Part shown: piece by piece, positions 52,476 through 62,670 of the stretch
How the letters are laid out: every line of letters begins with the position of its first letter
How positions within the stretch are numbered: the first letter of the stretch is position 1
Assembly: GCA_028702025.1 (NCBI GenBank)
Contig: JAQVPR010000001.1
Span: 1-63,247 of the forward strand
DNA from: Candidatus Cloacimonadota bacterium
GTDB lineage: Bacteria > Cloacimonadota > Cloacimonadia > Cloacimonadales > WRIO01
Length of the DNA stretch: 63,247 bases
Reading direction: 5' to 3'
Notes under the pieces: generated by a model
Databases searched by the model: none
What the model was told of the DNA's origin: nothing
The model's input: the letters and a program-made list of their open reading frames with translations, nothing else
Made by a program: the position numbers and the translations under genes

Positions 52476-54944
52476 TTATTTTGAAGAAATTTTCTTGGCT
52501 AATAAATTTTTTAATTCTATGATATTTAGTGGTTTGTATAGCTTATCTATATGCTTGATATTTTTTGTATCAAGTAAATCTTTATGACGATAAAGTAGTA
52601 TGAAATTAGCTTGGATATTACTTAATATTTTCAACAAAACATAATTTGATTCCGGATTTTCTATGAAATTTATAGCATCACAGATTATATAGTCGTATTT
52701 TATGTCTGGATCAATATGTTTAAATTGTGCAATAAAACGTAAAATTGTAATAATTTCAAAATTTATATTTAAATCTGTAAAAAATTTAAATATATTCTGA
52801 TAAATGTTGTGTTCGTTATCTATAAATAGAATATTTATTTTTTTAACCGTTTTAATTTCCGGCAATTTTTGGAAATGGGGAGAAGTGCTTTTTAAGGGTA
52901 AAGAAAAGTTAAATCTGGTACATTCATCATTGTCAATATATTCAATATTGCCGTTTAATAACTTAAATATTTGCTTTACTAAAGCAAGCCCTAAACCTGT
53001 ACCACTATTTTTTCTTTCTAAAGAATTATCTAATTGAGAGAAAATTTTAAAGAGATTTTTTTTGTTTTCTTTATTTATTTTATTGCCGGTATTTATAATA
53101 GAAAAATTATATAGATATTGGTCTTTTTGTATTTTATTAGCAGATTCTAAGGAAAGGATAATAGTTCCATAAGAGGTGAATTTTACTGCATTATCAATCA
53201 GATTATTTAGTGCTTGCCTTAGCCTGGAATTATCTCCTGTGACAAAATCAGGATAGTCAAAAGACCAATCTAAATATATATCCAAGTCCTTTTTAAAGGC
53301 TTCATTTGAGAAACTTTGGATCGCTGATTGGCATAAATCATATAAAGAGAAATTATTTTCAATGATTGCAACATTACTTGAATCTAATTTAACAAAATCA
53401 AAAATGTCATTGACTAATGTTAATAAGTTGTTTGATGAATCATCAAGAATATTCAATAATTGTTTTTGATCTTCGTTCAGATTAGTTTTCATTAGCAATT
53501 GGGTCATTCCCAGAATTCCATTTAGTGGTGTTCTAAATTCATGGCTCATAGTAGCTAAAAATTTATTTTTTATTTCATTTGAGATGTTTGCTTCAAGTGT
53601 GAGTTGTTGCTCTTTTTCAAGAGCATTTTTAAGCTCTTCATTTATTTTATTAATTTCTTGAGATTGCTCAATAAGTTTTTCAAAGTATTCATATCTTTCT
53701 GAAATATTAATCATTGAAACTATTGCTTTTAATGGAAAATATTTGCCTTCTTTGATTAAATTCCATTTGACAATTAGTCGGACAGGCTTATTATCTTTGT
53801 CGTACAAAATTCCTTCATCTTCAAATGATTCTTGGTTGTAGTAGAGACTGCAAATCATTTTTCCGAACAAATTAAAGGTTTCTTCACGAGTTATTTTGTT
53901 GAAGTGATTTCTAATTTCTTGTATATTCTTGAACTTGAATATGGTCATCGATAATTTATTTACAGTATTTAGGATTAAAAGTTTAATAGAAGTTGTAAGG
54001 ATTTCCTTGTGTTCTTGTAAATAGTCGTATAAATTTACATTATCAGGTATAGACAAGGAGTTTATATAAACTCTTAGTAAACTTAAATCAACTTCCCACA
54101 GTATAATAGGTGAAGAATTAAAAAAGGTATAATATTTATTTATTTGTTTGTTAAGCTCTAATTCAGTTATTGTTTTATCGGTAATATCTACAACAATAGT
54201 TTGTATTAAGTAAGGAGAATTAACAAGAGAAGGATAATAAAAATTAACCGGTAATTTTAGTTTTGATAGTGAGAGTTTAGCAGTTTGGTATGTTTTGTTT
54301 TTTGTTTTAATATCTATTATTAATTGAAGATTGTTTGATGTCTCAAAAAGATGTCTATTTTTTTTAAATAACATATTGAATTCAGGACTGTAATCAGAAA
54401 AAAGGATATTGATTTTATTATTCTCAAATTGAAAATATTTTTTTGCTTCATTGTTATAATCAAGTATTTCTAATGTATCCGGATTCATAATAAAAATTAT
54501 TGATTGAGAGGTTTGAAACATATTTTCGTAAAGAGCTTTTTTTTCTGATTCTAATCTTTCGCTTTTTTTATTGATAGTAACGTCATAGCTCATACCGATC
54601 ATTTGATCAAATTTATTGTTTTTTGTATATGGCTTTATGAAAATCCTAAACCACATTTCATTATTTTGATTTTCAGACAGATAAAAATCAGATTTATATA
54701 GTTTGATTGAATCCGGGTTTTTATTGATTTGCTTGATTGTTTTTATCATAAAATTACTAACATCCGGGTATTGGAAATTAACAATATTACTATTAATCAG
54801 TATATCGGGATTAATTTTTAAAATTTTTTCTAAATTAGGGCTAATATATTTTACTAATAAATTTTTATCAATTTGCCAAATAATGAGATTTGATATTTCT
54901 GCTATATTATCAATAATTTTATTGCCATTTTGTTTGTCTTGCAT
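52476..54944 (-). CDS. Multi-PAS sensor histidine kinase with C-terminal receiver-like domain
   Basis: Cytoplasmic protein with no TM segment and several PAS-like segments. H-box MSHEFRTPLNGI, N-box NLIDNAVKFT and G-box GTGLGLALV. The C-terminal region (ILFIDNE...YIICD...KP) is receiver-like. Confidence 0.85.
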   Translation of the reverse strand: MQDKQNGNKIIDNIAEISNLIIWQIDKNLLVKYISPNLEKILKINPDILINSNIVNFQYPDVSNFMIKTIKQINKNPDSIKLYKSDFYLSENQNNEMWFRIFIKPYTKNNKFDQMIGMSYDVTINKKSERLESEKKALYENMFQTSQSIIFIMNPDTLEILDYNNEAKKYFQFENNKINILFSDYSPEFNMLFKKNRHLFETSNNLQLIIDIKTKNKTYQTAKLSLSKLKLPVNFYYPSLVNSPYLIQTIVVDITDKTITELELNKQINKYYTFFNSSPIILWEVDLSLLRVYINSLSIPDNVNLYDYLQEHKEILTTSIKLLILNTVNKLSMTIFKFKNIQEIRNHFNKITREETFNLFGKMICSLYYNQESFEDEGILYDKDNKPVRLIVKWNLIKEGKYFPLKAIVSMINISERYEYFEKLIEQSQEINKINEELKNALEKEQQLTLEANISNEIKNKFLATMSHEFRTPLNGILGMTQLLMKTNLNEDQKQLLNILDDSSNNLLTLVNDIFDFVKLDSSNVAIIENNFSLYDLCQSAIQSFSNEAFKKDLDIYLDWSFDYPDFVTGDNSRLRQALNNLIDNAVKFTSYGTIILSLESANKIQKDQYLYNFSIINTGNKINKENKKNLFKIFSQLDNSLERKNSGTGLGLALVKQIFKLLNGNIEYIDNDECTRFNFSLPLKSTSPHFQKLPEIKTVKKINILFIDNEHNIYQNIFKFFTDLNINFEIITILRFIAQFKHIDPDIKYDYIICDAINFIENPESNYVLLKILSNIQANFILLYRHKDLLDTKNIKHIDKLYKPLNIIELKNLLAKKISSK

Positions 54945-55130
54945 TAAGTTAAATACTTTGTCTAAGCTCTATTCATTAATCATTACATACCTCTTATAAG
55001 TTATCAATCATCATTTGACTTTTTGATAGAAAAATATTAGATATTATGTTATTATGAAATCTGAAACTTGTCAAGAGAAAATGTTTTAATAATAAAAAAA
55101 AATAAAAATGAGTATTTTTAAAATTTTTTG

Positions 55131-55161
55131 TTGACAAAATCACAGCTTTTAAACATATTAT
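55131..55161 (+). promoter_or_regulatory. Possible promoter of the T9SS-cargo gene pair
   Basis: GTTGACAAAA with TTGACA at 55131-55136. -10 candidates CATATT and TATTAT lie 17-19 nt downstream. Confidence 0.4.
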
Positions 55162-55193
55162 ATCATAGACATGATTTAAGGAAGGAGTCGATT

Positions 55194-58043
55194 ATGAAAA
55201 AGAGTATTTTGCTATTTTTAGTTTGCTTTGCATTAGCAAGCTTTTTATTGGCTGAAAATGTAACTGTTGTAAACACAAGAACAAATCAAGAACCTACTCA
55301 AAAACTTCGCGTTGAAGAGGAAGTTATTGTATTTGAAAATTTTGAAGATGGTTTAGGAAACTGGGTAACCGAAGATGCAACATTGCCTCCACATCAATGG
55401 CATTTATCTAACACTTCAGCACTTACCTACCAAGGAACCGGTTATAGCTGGTTTATGGGTAATCCTGAACTCGGTACAAACGGTGGTTATACTGACGGTG
55501 TGTTAATTTATTTACAAACACCTGCTATAACTGTACCTTCAGCTAGCTCAAATCTTACTTTTAAAGTAAATTTTGAATTAGAAGAGCCTGCAGTTCATGA
55601 AGGTTATGATGGCTGGGATGCTGCTAATGTAAGAATTTCAACTGACGGTGAAAACTGGACAGTATTAGAACCTACAGGTTTACCTTATAATTGTACTTCA
55701 ATGTATGGTTTTGGTTATAATGGCGAAGGCGAAGGCGTAGCCGGATGGGGTGGATCAAGTGATGGCTGGCAAGATGTTACTGTTGACTTATCAAGCTATG
55801 CAGGCGATGACGTAATGATTCGTTTTGTATTCGGTTCAGACCCTGCTTATAATACTGCTGATGATCCTGATATGTTTGGTATCTTAGTTGATAATATTAC
55901 TCTTGGTGATTTCTCTCATGATTTTAATGATAATCAATTAAACGGAATGACAGTTGGTAGCTCTATCCCTGTTGGTGGAGATTTATGGCATACTGCAGAA
56001 TATGATTTAGCAACTTCCGGTACTTATGTATTAAGCTGTAATAACGCTAATGATACCTATGAACCAAATATGAGAAATTATATCTATTCAGAAGTTTATG
56101 ATTTACCTTCAGCAGGCGATATAAGAGCAGATTTTCAACTTAGAGGAACCTGGTCAGATAATGATACTGAAGACTTAACTCTTATGGATTATTTTGGTTG
56201 GGAAATTTCTCCTGATGCCGGTGCTAATTGGTATGCAATGAGCAATCCTTACGGAGATCCTAATGGTGATAATTATGTTTTTTCTAATGCTCCTGAACAA
56301 TTCCAATCAATGGTTGAATCATATACCTCTATAGACGGAATAATTACTGACTATGCAGGTCAATCTGTTCAATTCCGTTGGTACTTTAAATCTGATAGCG
56401 ATGCTCCTATGGGCGAAGCTATAATGATTGATGACTTTAGAATTTATCATAAATTAGAATTATTAATTCCACAAAATTTAACTGCTGAATATATTGGTGA
56501 TGGTATCGAACTTAACTGGGACGATCCTAATACCACTAATCCTGCTGTTGAAGGTTGGATTACTCAAGGTTTAGATACTTATACCGGTACTGGTATTGGT
56601 GTTAATGCTGCTGCTCAATTTAGCGTAGCTCATAGATTCACTTCTGCTCAACTTAACGAAATTCAAGCTATAGGTGGTTATTTAACTAAAGTTTCATTTA
56701 TTGGAAATGAAGCTACAGCTACATATTCTATCAGAGTATGGACCGGTGGATCTACTAATAATCCGGGAACTACTGTTGTAGAACAAAATGTAACAAACTT
56801 TGTCGCAACTGAATGGGTTGAAGTTGAATTAAATACTCCTGTTCTTATTGAACCGGGTCAAGAATTATGGTTTGGTTATTATTGTGATACACCTTCTGGT
56901 TACCCTCTTGCTACTGACGGTGGTCCGGTTAATGAAGGTTTTGGAAACGTAATTCAATTTCAAAATTCATGGACTACTTTAACAGCCTTAGGTGACAATT
57001 TAGAATACAATTGGATGATTAAAGGTTATGTTGCAACTGATGATGGTAGAGTTGTATTAAATAAAAACTTCAATACAAATATAAGAAATACAAGAGAAGA
57101 TGTAACAGGCTATAAAGTATATAGAAAAGTTGCAGCCGGTGATGATTTTGAAGAAATTGGTGAAGTGGGTGCTGATGTTACTACATATATTGATGAAACT
57201 CCTGTATATAATTCAGTTAATTTCTATGCAGTAACTGCATTATACGGAACTGAAGAATCTGAATACTCAGATGAAGCTACTGCTTTTGCTCCTGGTGAAA
57301 CAACTTTCTTATATTCTCATGATGATGGAACTGCTGAATCAGGTTTAAGCTACGCAGGTATCGTTCTTAACAAAATGAGCCCAACTGTTGTGCCTTATAC
57401 CCTTACACACGTTTTATTCTATCTTGAAACTAAAGCCGGAAACTTCTTCTTAAAAGTTTATGGTGATGGTGGTAATCAACCTGGTGAAGAATTACTTTCT
57501 ACTCCTGTTTTAGCATCTAACCTTAATGAAGGTTGGAATATTATCGATATCGAAGATATCGACTTTGAAAGTGGAATATTCTATATTGGTGCTCAAGTTG
57601 CTACAAGCAGTTCAAAAATTGGTATTGATGAAGATTACGAAGGAACTCCTGTTTCTGTAAGAAAAACATCAACTGCTCCTTCTTTTGATAACTTTACTGA
57701 TGGCGTATTTATGATTAGAGCTTATGTTGATTTACATACCGGTAATTCAGAAATAGTATTACCTCAAACTAAATTAACTGCTAATAATTATCCAAATCCA
57801 TTCAATCCGGAAACTACTATTTCTTTCAATATCCCTACTTCAGGTAATGTTTCTGTAAAAGTATTTAATGTCAAAGGTCAAATCGTAAATACCTTAGTCA
57901 ACGAAGAAATGAAAGCCGGAAATAATCAAGTAATTTGGAATGGCCTTGATTATGCAGGTAAACAAGTTACTTCAGGTGTTTACTTCTATAAAGTAGAAAC
58001 TGAAAATCATTCAATAATTAATAAAATGTTATTGATGAAATAA
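55194..58043 (+). CDS. Large secreted protein with jelly-roll/lectin-like and FN3-like domains and a T9SS type A C-terminal sorting domain
   Basis: Start at M23 of the track ORF, after AAGGAG. Signal peptide. C-terminal NYPNPFNPETTISFNIP...VKVFNVKGQIVNTL...SGVYFYKVET...MLLMK. The function of the N-terminal domains is not recognised. Confidence 0.75.
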   Translation: MKKSILLFLVCFALASFLLAENVTVVNTRTNQEPTQKLRVEEEVIVFENFEDGLGNWVTEDATLPPHQWHLSNTSALTYQGTGYSWFMGNPELGTNGGYTDGVLIYLQTPAITVPSASSNLTFKVNFELEEPAVHEGYDGWDAANVRISTDGENWTVLEPTGLPYNCTSMYGFGYNGEGEGVAGWGGSSDGWQDVTVDLSSYAGDDVMIRFVFGSDPAYNTADDPDMFGILVDNITLGDFSHDFNDNQLNGMTVGSSIPVGGDLWHTAEYDLATSGTYVLSCNNANDTYEPNMRNYIYSEVYDLPSAGDIRADFQLRGTWSDNDTEDLTLMDYFGWEISPDAGANWYAMSNPYGDPNGDNYVFSNAPEQFQSMVESYTSIDGIITDYAGQSVQFRWYFKSDSDAPMGEAIMIDDFRIYHKLELLIPQNLTAEYIGDGIELNWDDPNTTNPAVEGWITQGLDTYTGTGIGVNAAAQFSVAHRFTSAQLNEIQAIGGYLTKVSFIGNEATATYSIRVWTGGSTNNPGTTVVEQNVTNFVATEWVEVELNTPVLIEPGQELWFGYYCDTPSGYPLATDGGPVNEGFGNVIQFQNSWTTLTALGDNLEYNWMIKGYVATDDGRVVLNKNFNTNIRNTREDVTGYKVYRKVAAGDDFEEIGEVGADVTTYIDETPVYNSVNFYAVTALYGTEESEYSDEATAFAPGETTFLYSHDDGTAESGLSYAGIVLNKMSPTVVPYTLTHVLFYLETKAGNFFLKVYGDGGNQPGEELLSTPVLASNLNEGWNIIDIEDIDFESGIFYIGAQVATSSSKIGIDEDYEGTPVSVRKTSTAPSFDNFTDGVFMIRAYVDLHTGNSEIVLPQTKLTANNYPNPFNPETTISFNIPTSGNVSVKVFNVKGQIVNTLVNEEMKAGNNQVIWNGLDYAGKQVTSGVYFYKVETENHSIINKMLLMK

Positions 58044-58057
58044 AAAAATATAATTTA

Positions 58058-58086
58058 CAGACGGGTTAATGCCCGTCTGTTTTTTA
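58058..58086 (+). terminator. Rho-independent terminator between the two cargo genes
   Basis: Stem CAGACGGG/CCCGTCTG followed by TTTTTT. Confidence 0.8.
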
Positions 58087-58105
58087 ACATTTATAAGGAG
58101 ACTCT

Positions 58106-61100
58106 ATGAAGCGTATAAGTATAATATTAATACTTATTTTAAGTTTAACTCAATTGTTAGCTGTAAGTAATTTCGATGAAAAAAATTTCTATCCTAATTC
58201 CATTATTGTCTGTTTTGATTCTAATGCAATCAATAGTACAACCGGTGAGATTACGATAGAACAAACAAATTTGGGACAAGTTCAGATAGGTCTGAAATCA
58301 TTTGATGATTTAGCAAAAAAATATGATTTTGTTGATTTAGAGAGAATGTTTTGGGTGAAAAATCAAAAGTGGTCCGATGATAACGGTGCATACCCAATGA
58401 ATATATTCAGAGTTACTATTAAAAATAATAATATAATTGAAGAAGCTTTAAATGCTTTAACTAAAGATAAAAATATCATTTTTGCTGAATATGAAGCAAT
58501 CTTGAAACAATCTTATATCCCTAATGACCCAACTTTGGATTTAATGTGGCATATTCCCATTATGCAAACTCCCGAACTTTGGGATTACGTAAGAGGTGAT
58601 ACTACTATTGTTGTTGCTATCATTGATTCAGGAGCTAAATGGAATCACGAAGACTTAAGAGATAATATCTTTATTAACTACGCTGAAATGCCGGGAATGA
58701 CTATTAATTGGGCAAACGGTACCGTCTCAGGCGGCGATGCTCAAGATAATGACGGCAATGGAAAAGTTGATGATGTTATCGGATGGGATTTCTTTGTTGG
58801 AAATAATAATCCTTATCAATCTTATGACGGTAATGACCATGGAACTCACGTTGCAGGTTGTGCCGGTGCTGTTAGTGATAATAATGTTGGTATAGCTTCT
58901 CCTGCTATGCATATAAAATTACTCATTTCAAAACACCAGTCACATACTCAGTATAGTAATAATGTAACTAATGGATATGGTGGTATATACTATGCTGTAG
59001 ATACCGGTGCTGATATTATCAACTGCTCATGGGGAGGTACAGGTGGTAGTGGTACAGCCAATACTGCTGTTAATTATGCAAATAGTGAAGGTATTTTAGT
59101 TGTTTCTGCTGCAGGAAATGAATATCAAAGCAATGATACTTATCCAAGTTATCCATCAGATGCAACTAATGGTGTTGCTGTTGCAGCAAGTGATCAAAAT
59201 GATATAAAAGCAAATTTCTCAAATTGGGGAGATGCTATTGATATCACTGCTCCCGGTGTCGCTATTAGATCAACAATCTATCATGGAACTCACGCTAATG
59301 CTGTTGATGCTTATGCTGCATATCAAGGAACTTCTATGGCTTCACCTGTAGCTGCAGGTATTGCTGCTATGATAAAATCTGTCCATCCGGAATATACCCC
59401 TGCTCAGATTAGACAACGTATGTCTGAAACTGCTGACCCAATGCCTAATGAACCTTATTTCGAACAGGGTAAACTCGGTGGTGGTAGAATTAATGCTTTT
59501 AAAGCTGTACTTTCAGAAAAAATTCCTAACCTTGAAATATATGGTGATTTATTGGTTGAAGAACTGGAAGGTGATGGAGACGGTGTTCCTAATGTTGGAG
59601 AAACTGTGTCTGTTACTTTTAGTTTAACAAATCTTGCCGGTTGGTCTTATGCTGCCGGAGTACAAGCAGTTTTATCTACAGAAACTGAAGGTGTAGAAAT
59701 TGAAGAAGGTAATTTAACCTTTAGTGATATGCTAAGTGAAATGATTGTTACTTCTGATAATCAAGCAGTTGTTTCTATTTCTTCTGATGTTAATACGTTA
59801 AATATCCCAATGCTCTTAACAGTTACTTGTAATCAAGAAGCTTCAAATCCTTATCCATATACAAAAGAAATTCCCGTGACTTTAAATCTTTCAATGAATC
59901 AGGCAGGATGGCCTTTAGTACTTGATGCTCAGTCTCCTTCAGCTCCTATAGTTGCTAATTTAGACGGAACAGGTAAAAAATTAATTACTATCGTAAGTGG
60001 TGTAATTCATGTAGTTGATTCTGAAAAAAATTATGCTACCGGATTCCCTTATGACACAGGTGCTAATACTTTAGGTCAATTAGCTATAGGTGATGTGACA
60101 GGTGATGAAGATAATGAAATCGTTGTTGCAAATTCAAATGGATGGTTAAGAGTTATCAGTGCTTCGGGCGAATTACTTAATGAATATGATACTCAAGGAA
60201 ATCTAAGAAATGCTCCTATTATTGCTGATTTGAATAATGATGGACAAAATGAAATTATTGTCGGAAATCAAAGTCGTAAAGTAATAGTTTTAAATGGAAA
60301 TGATTTAAGCGTATGGCCTAATTATCCGGTTGATTTAGGTGGAGTCATTATCACAAATTTAGCAGTGGGCGACATTAATAACAATGGTAATCAAGAAATT
60401 GTTATAAATCTTATTGGTAGCCCGGGTGCATTACATATACTTGATCCTGTTACCGGTCAAAATATTTCCGGTTTCCCATTGACAACCATTGGAGCTAGTA
60501 ATATGGGCTCATCAATTGGAAATTTGGATGACGATGATGATTTAGAAATTATTTTTGCCGGCTCATTAGGTACAAATTGTCCTATTACAATAGTAAAAAG
60601 TGATGGTTCTATATTACATAATGAAACTTTCTCTTATGGTATTAAAACGGAAATTGCGATTGTTGATTTGAATAATGACGGTCAAAATGAAATCATTTTT
60701 GGTGATTATAATGGTGACCTTTATGTGAAAAATGTAGATTTTGAAAACGTTACCGGATTCCCTTTAAATGTAGGAATAGGTATTGAGTCTTCTCCTGTTT
60801 TTGCAGATTTTGATTCTGATGGAAACAGAGAAATCGTTTTTGGTGATAATAATGGTAAAATACACGTTGTAAAATATAATGGAACATATATTAATGCATT
60901 CCCTGTTAAGGTTTCAGATACTCCTTTTAAAACATCTCCGTGGGTAGGAAATTTTGATAGTGATGCTGATGGTGATATTCTTTTAAATGGAAATACCGGT
61001 GTATTATTCTTAGATTATAAAGAATCAATTTCTGATTTATTTTGGAATACTTTTAGAGCAAATTTTGGAAATACAGCAAATAATGCTGATATTTCAACTC

Positions 61101-61405
61101 CAAATACTAGTACTGTCATTCCTTTATTTACTAATCAATTACAACAAAATTATCCTAATCCTTTTAATCCGGAAACTCAAATTAGCTTTTCTTTAAAAAA
61201 TTCACAAGATGTAAAACTTTCAATTTATAACATCAAGGGACAATTAGTTAAAACTCTTGTTAATGAAAAGAAATCTGCCGGTGCTCATACAGTTGTATGG
61301 AAAGGTTTAGATGAATACAATAAACAAGTTTCAAGTGGTATATATTTTTATAAACTTGAGACAGCAACTTATGTTAATACAATGAAAATGTTGTTAATGA
61401 AATAA
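58106..61405 (+). CDS. Subtilisin-family (S8) serine protease with FG-GAP/VCBS-like repeats and a T9SS type A C-terminal sorting domain
   Basis: Catalytic triad contexts VAIIDSGA (Asp), HGTHVAGCAG (His) and GTSMASPVAAG (Ser). Repeated DxNxDGxxEI(I/V) motifs. C-terminal NYPNPFNPETQISF...YNIKGQLVKTL...SGIYFYKLET...MLLMK. Confidence 0.9.
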   Translation: MKRISIILILILSLTQLLAVSNFDEKNFYPNSIIVCFDSNAINSTTGEITIEQTNLGQVQIGLKSFDDLAKKYDFVDLERMFWVKNQKWSDDNGAYPMNIFRVTIKNNNIIEEALNALTKDKNIIFAEYEAILKQSYIPNDPTLDLMWHIPIMQTPELWDYVRGDTTIVVAIIDSGAKWNHEDLRDNIFINYAEMPGMTINWANGTVSGGDAQDNDGNGKVDDVIGWDFFVGNNNPYQSYDGNDHGTHVAGCAGAVSDNNVGIASPAMHIKLLISKHQSHTQYSNNVTNGYGGIYYAVDTGADIINCSWGGTGGSGTANTAVNYANSEGILVVSAAGNEYQSNDTYPSYPSDATNGVAVAASDQNDIKANFSNWGDAIDITAPGVAIRSTIYHGTHANAVDAYAAYQGTSMASPVAAGIAAMIKSVHPEYTPAQIRQRMSETADPMPNEPYFEQGKLGGGRINAFKAVLSEKIPNLEIYGDLLVEELEGDGDGVPNVGETVSVTFSLTNLAGWSYAAGVQAVLSTETEGVEIEEGNLTFSDMLSEMIVTSDNQAVVSISSDVNTLNIPMLLTVTCNQEASNPYPYTKEIPVTLNLSMNQAGWPLVLDAQSPSAPIVANLDGTGKKLITIVSGVIHVVDSEKNYATGFPYDTGANTLGQLAIGDVTGDEDNEIVVANSNGWLRVISASGELLNEYDTQGNLRNAPIIADLNNDGQNEIIVGNQSRKVIVLNGNDLSVWPNYPVDLGGVIITNLAVGDINNNGNQEIVINLIGSPGALHILDPVTGQNISGFPLTTIGASNMGSSIGNLDDDDDLEIIFAGSLGTNCPITIVKSDGSILHNETFSYGIKTEIAIVDLNNDGQNEIIFGDYNGDLYVKNVDFENVTGFPLNVGIGIESSPVFADFDSDGNREIVFGDNNGKIHVVKYNGTYINAFPVKVSDTPFKTSPWVGNFDSDADGDILLNGNTGVLFLDYKESISDLFWNTFRANFGNTANNADISTPNTSTVIPLFTNQLQQNYPNPFNPETQISFSLKNSQDVKLSIYNIKGQLVKTLVNEKKSAGAHTVVWKGLDEYNKQVSSGIYFYKLETATYVNTMKMLLMK

Positions 61406-61422
61406 AAAATGATTTTAATTAT

Positions 61423-61452
61423 GCAGGCGGAGAAATCTGCCTGCTTTTTCTT
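61423..61452 (+). terminator. Rho-independent terminator after the S8 protease gene
   Basis: Stem GCAGGCGGA/TCTGCCTGC (one mismatch) followed by TTTTTCTTTT. Confidence 0.7.
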
Positions 61453-62670
61453 TTATAAGTCTTTTTCTTGACTGAATTTTAAAATTAAAGCAACAGCGAT
61501 TGTATTTATTAAAAGGTTAGAGCCGCCATAGCTGATAAAAGGTAAAGATATACCGGTAACAGGCATTAAACCGATATTCATACCGAGGTTTGTAAGTGTT
61601 TGAAAAAATAGAAATCCAAAGAAACCTGCGATAGCTATTTGACGTTCTTTTATCTCGGTCTTTTTGATACTATTTAATATTTTCAGAAAGAAAAGCAAGA
61701 AAATTGTTAAGAGGAGAGCACTTCCTGCAAAACCAAATTCTTCTGAAATAACTGAAAAGATAAAATCTGTATGATTTTCAGGCAAGAAGTTAAGGTTTTT
61801 TTGAGTTCCTTCAAGAAATCCTTTACCTGTTAATTGTCCGCTTCCGATAGCTATTTTAGCTTGAATTATTTGATATCCTGTATTGAGAGGGTCTTTGCTT
61901 GGGTCAATAAATGTTAAGATTCTGTTTTGTTGGTAAGGTTTAAGTTTATTCCATAGAACAGGTGTAAGGAAAACAAAGAAAATATTGATAATCATAACTA
62001 AGCTGATAAAGTGAATCGATAGTTTTGATTTCCAAAGAAAATATATAAGTAATAAAGCAAAAATGACAAATATGGGGACATAAAAAGAAGTTACTATGCT
62101 TATAATAGGAGTTATTATTAAGATTAAGTATAAGCCTTTAAATCCTGCTTGGGCTAACATAATAAAGTATGCTACCCAAAAAACGATTGTAGTGCTCAGA
62201 TCAGGTTCAATAATTATCAATGACATTGGTAAAATCATATAAATAAGGGGTTTTATGACAGATTTTACATTTAAAATAGATTCTTTGGCAAGTATTTTAG
62301 CTGTTAAAAGAATTACAATTAATTTAGCGAGTTCTGAGGGTTGAAACCTAAATCCCATCAAAGAAATCCATCTATGAGATTGGTTTATTGCCGGCATAAA
62401 AAGAACAGCAATCAGCATTAGATTAGTTAAGATATAAACCGGTATAACCATAAGATCAATTATAGGCATAGGCAGTTTAAGGATAATATAAAGTGAAACA
62501 AATGATAAAGAAATCCAGATAATCTGTTTGAGATAGTAGTTACTTCTAATAATTTCATCATCGATTTTTATTGTTGAGGCGGAATAAATAGCTATAAATC
62601 CCATAGTTATTAGGATAAACCAAAGTAATAAAAGGGTCCAATCAAAGTCTCTATTTAAAGGTAATTTCAT
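61453..62670 (-). CDS. rodA: Rod shape-determining protein RodA (SEDS family)
   Basis: FRFQPSELAKL, PENHTDFIFSVISEEFG and SYGGSNLL motifs. Its start overlaps the stop of the upstream PBP2 gene (ATGA). Confidence 0.85.
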   Translation of the reverse strand: MKLPLNRDFDWTLLLLWFILITMGFIAIYSASTIKIDDEIIRSNYYLKQIIWISLSFVSLYIILKLPMPIIDLMVIPVYILTNLMLIAVLFMPAINQSHRWISLMGFRFQPSELAKLIVILLTAKILAKESILNVKSVIKPLIYMILPMSLIIIEPDLSTTIVFWVAYFIMLAQAGFKGLYLILIITPIISIVTSFYVPIFVIFALLLIYFLWKSKLSIHFISLVMIINIFFVFLTPVLWNKLKPYQQNRILTFIDPSKDPLNTGYQIIQAKIAIGSGQLTGKGFLEGTQKNLNFLPENHTDFIFSVISEEFGFAGSALLLTIFLLFFLKILNSIKKTEIKERQIAIAGFFGFLFFQTLTNLGMNIGLMPVTGISLPFISYGGSNLLINTIAVALILKFSQEKDL

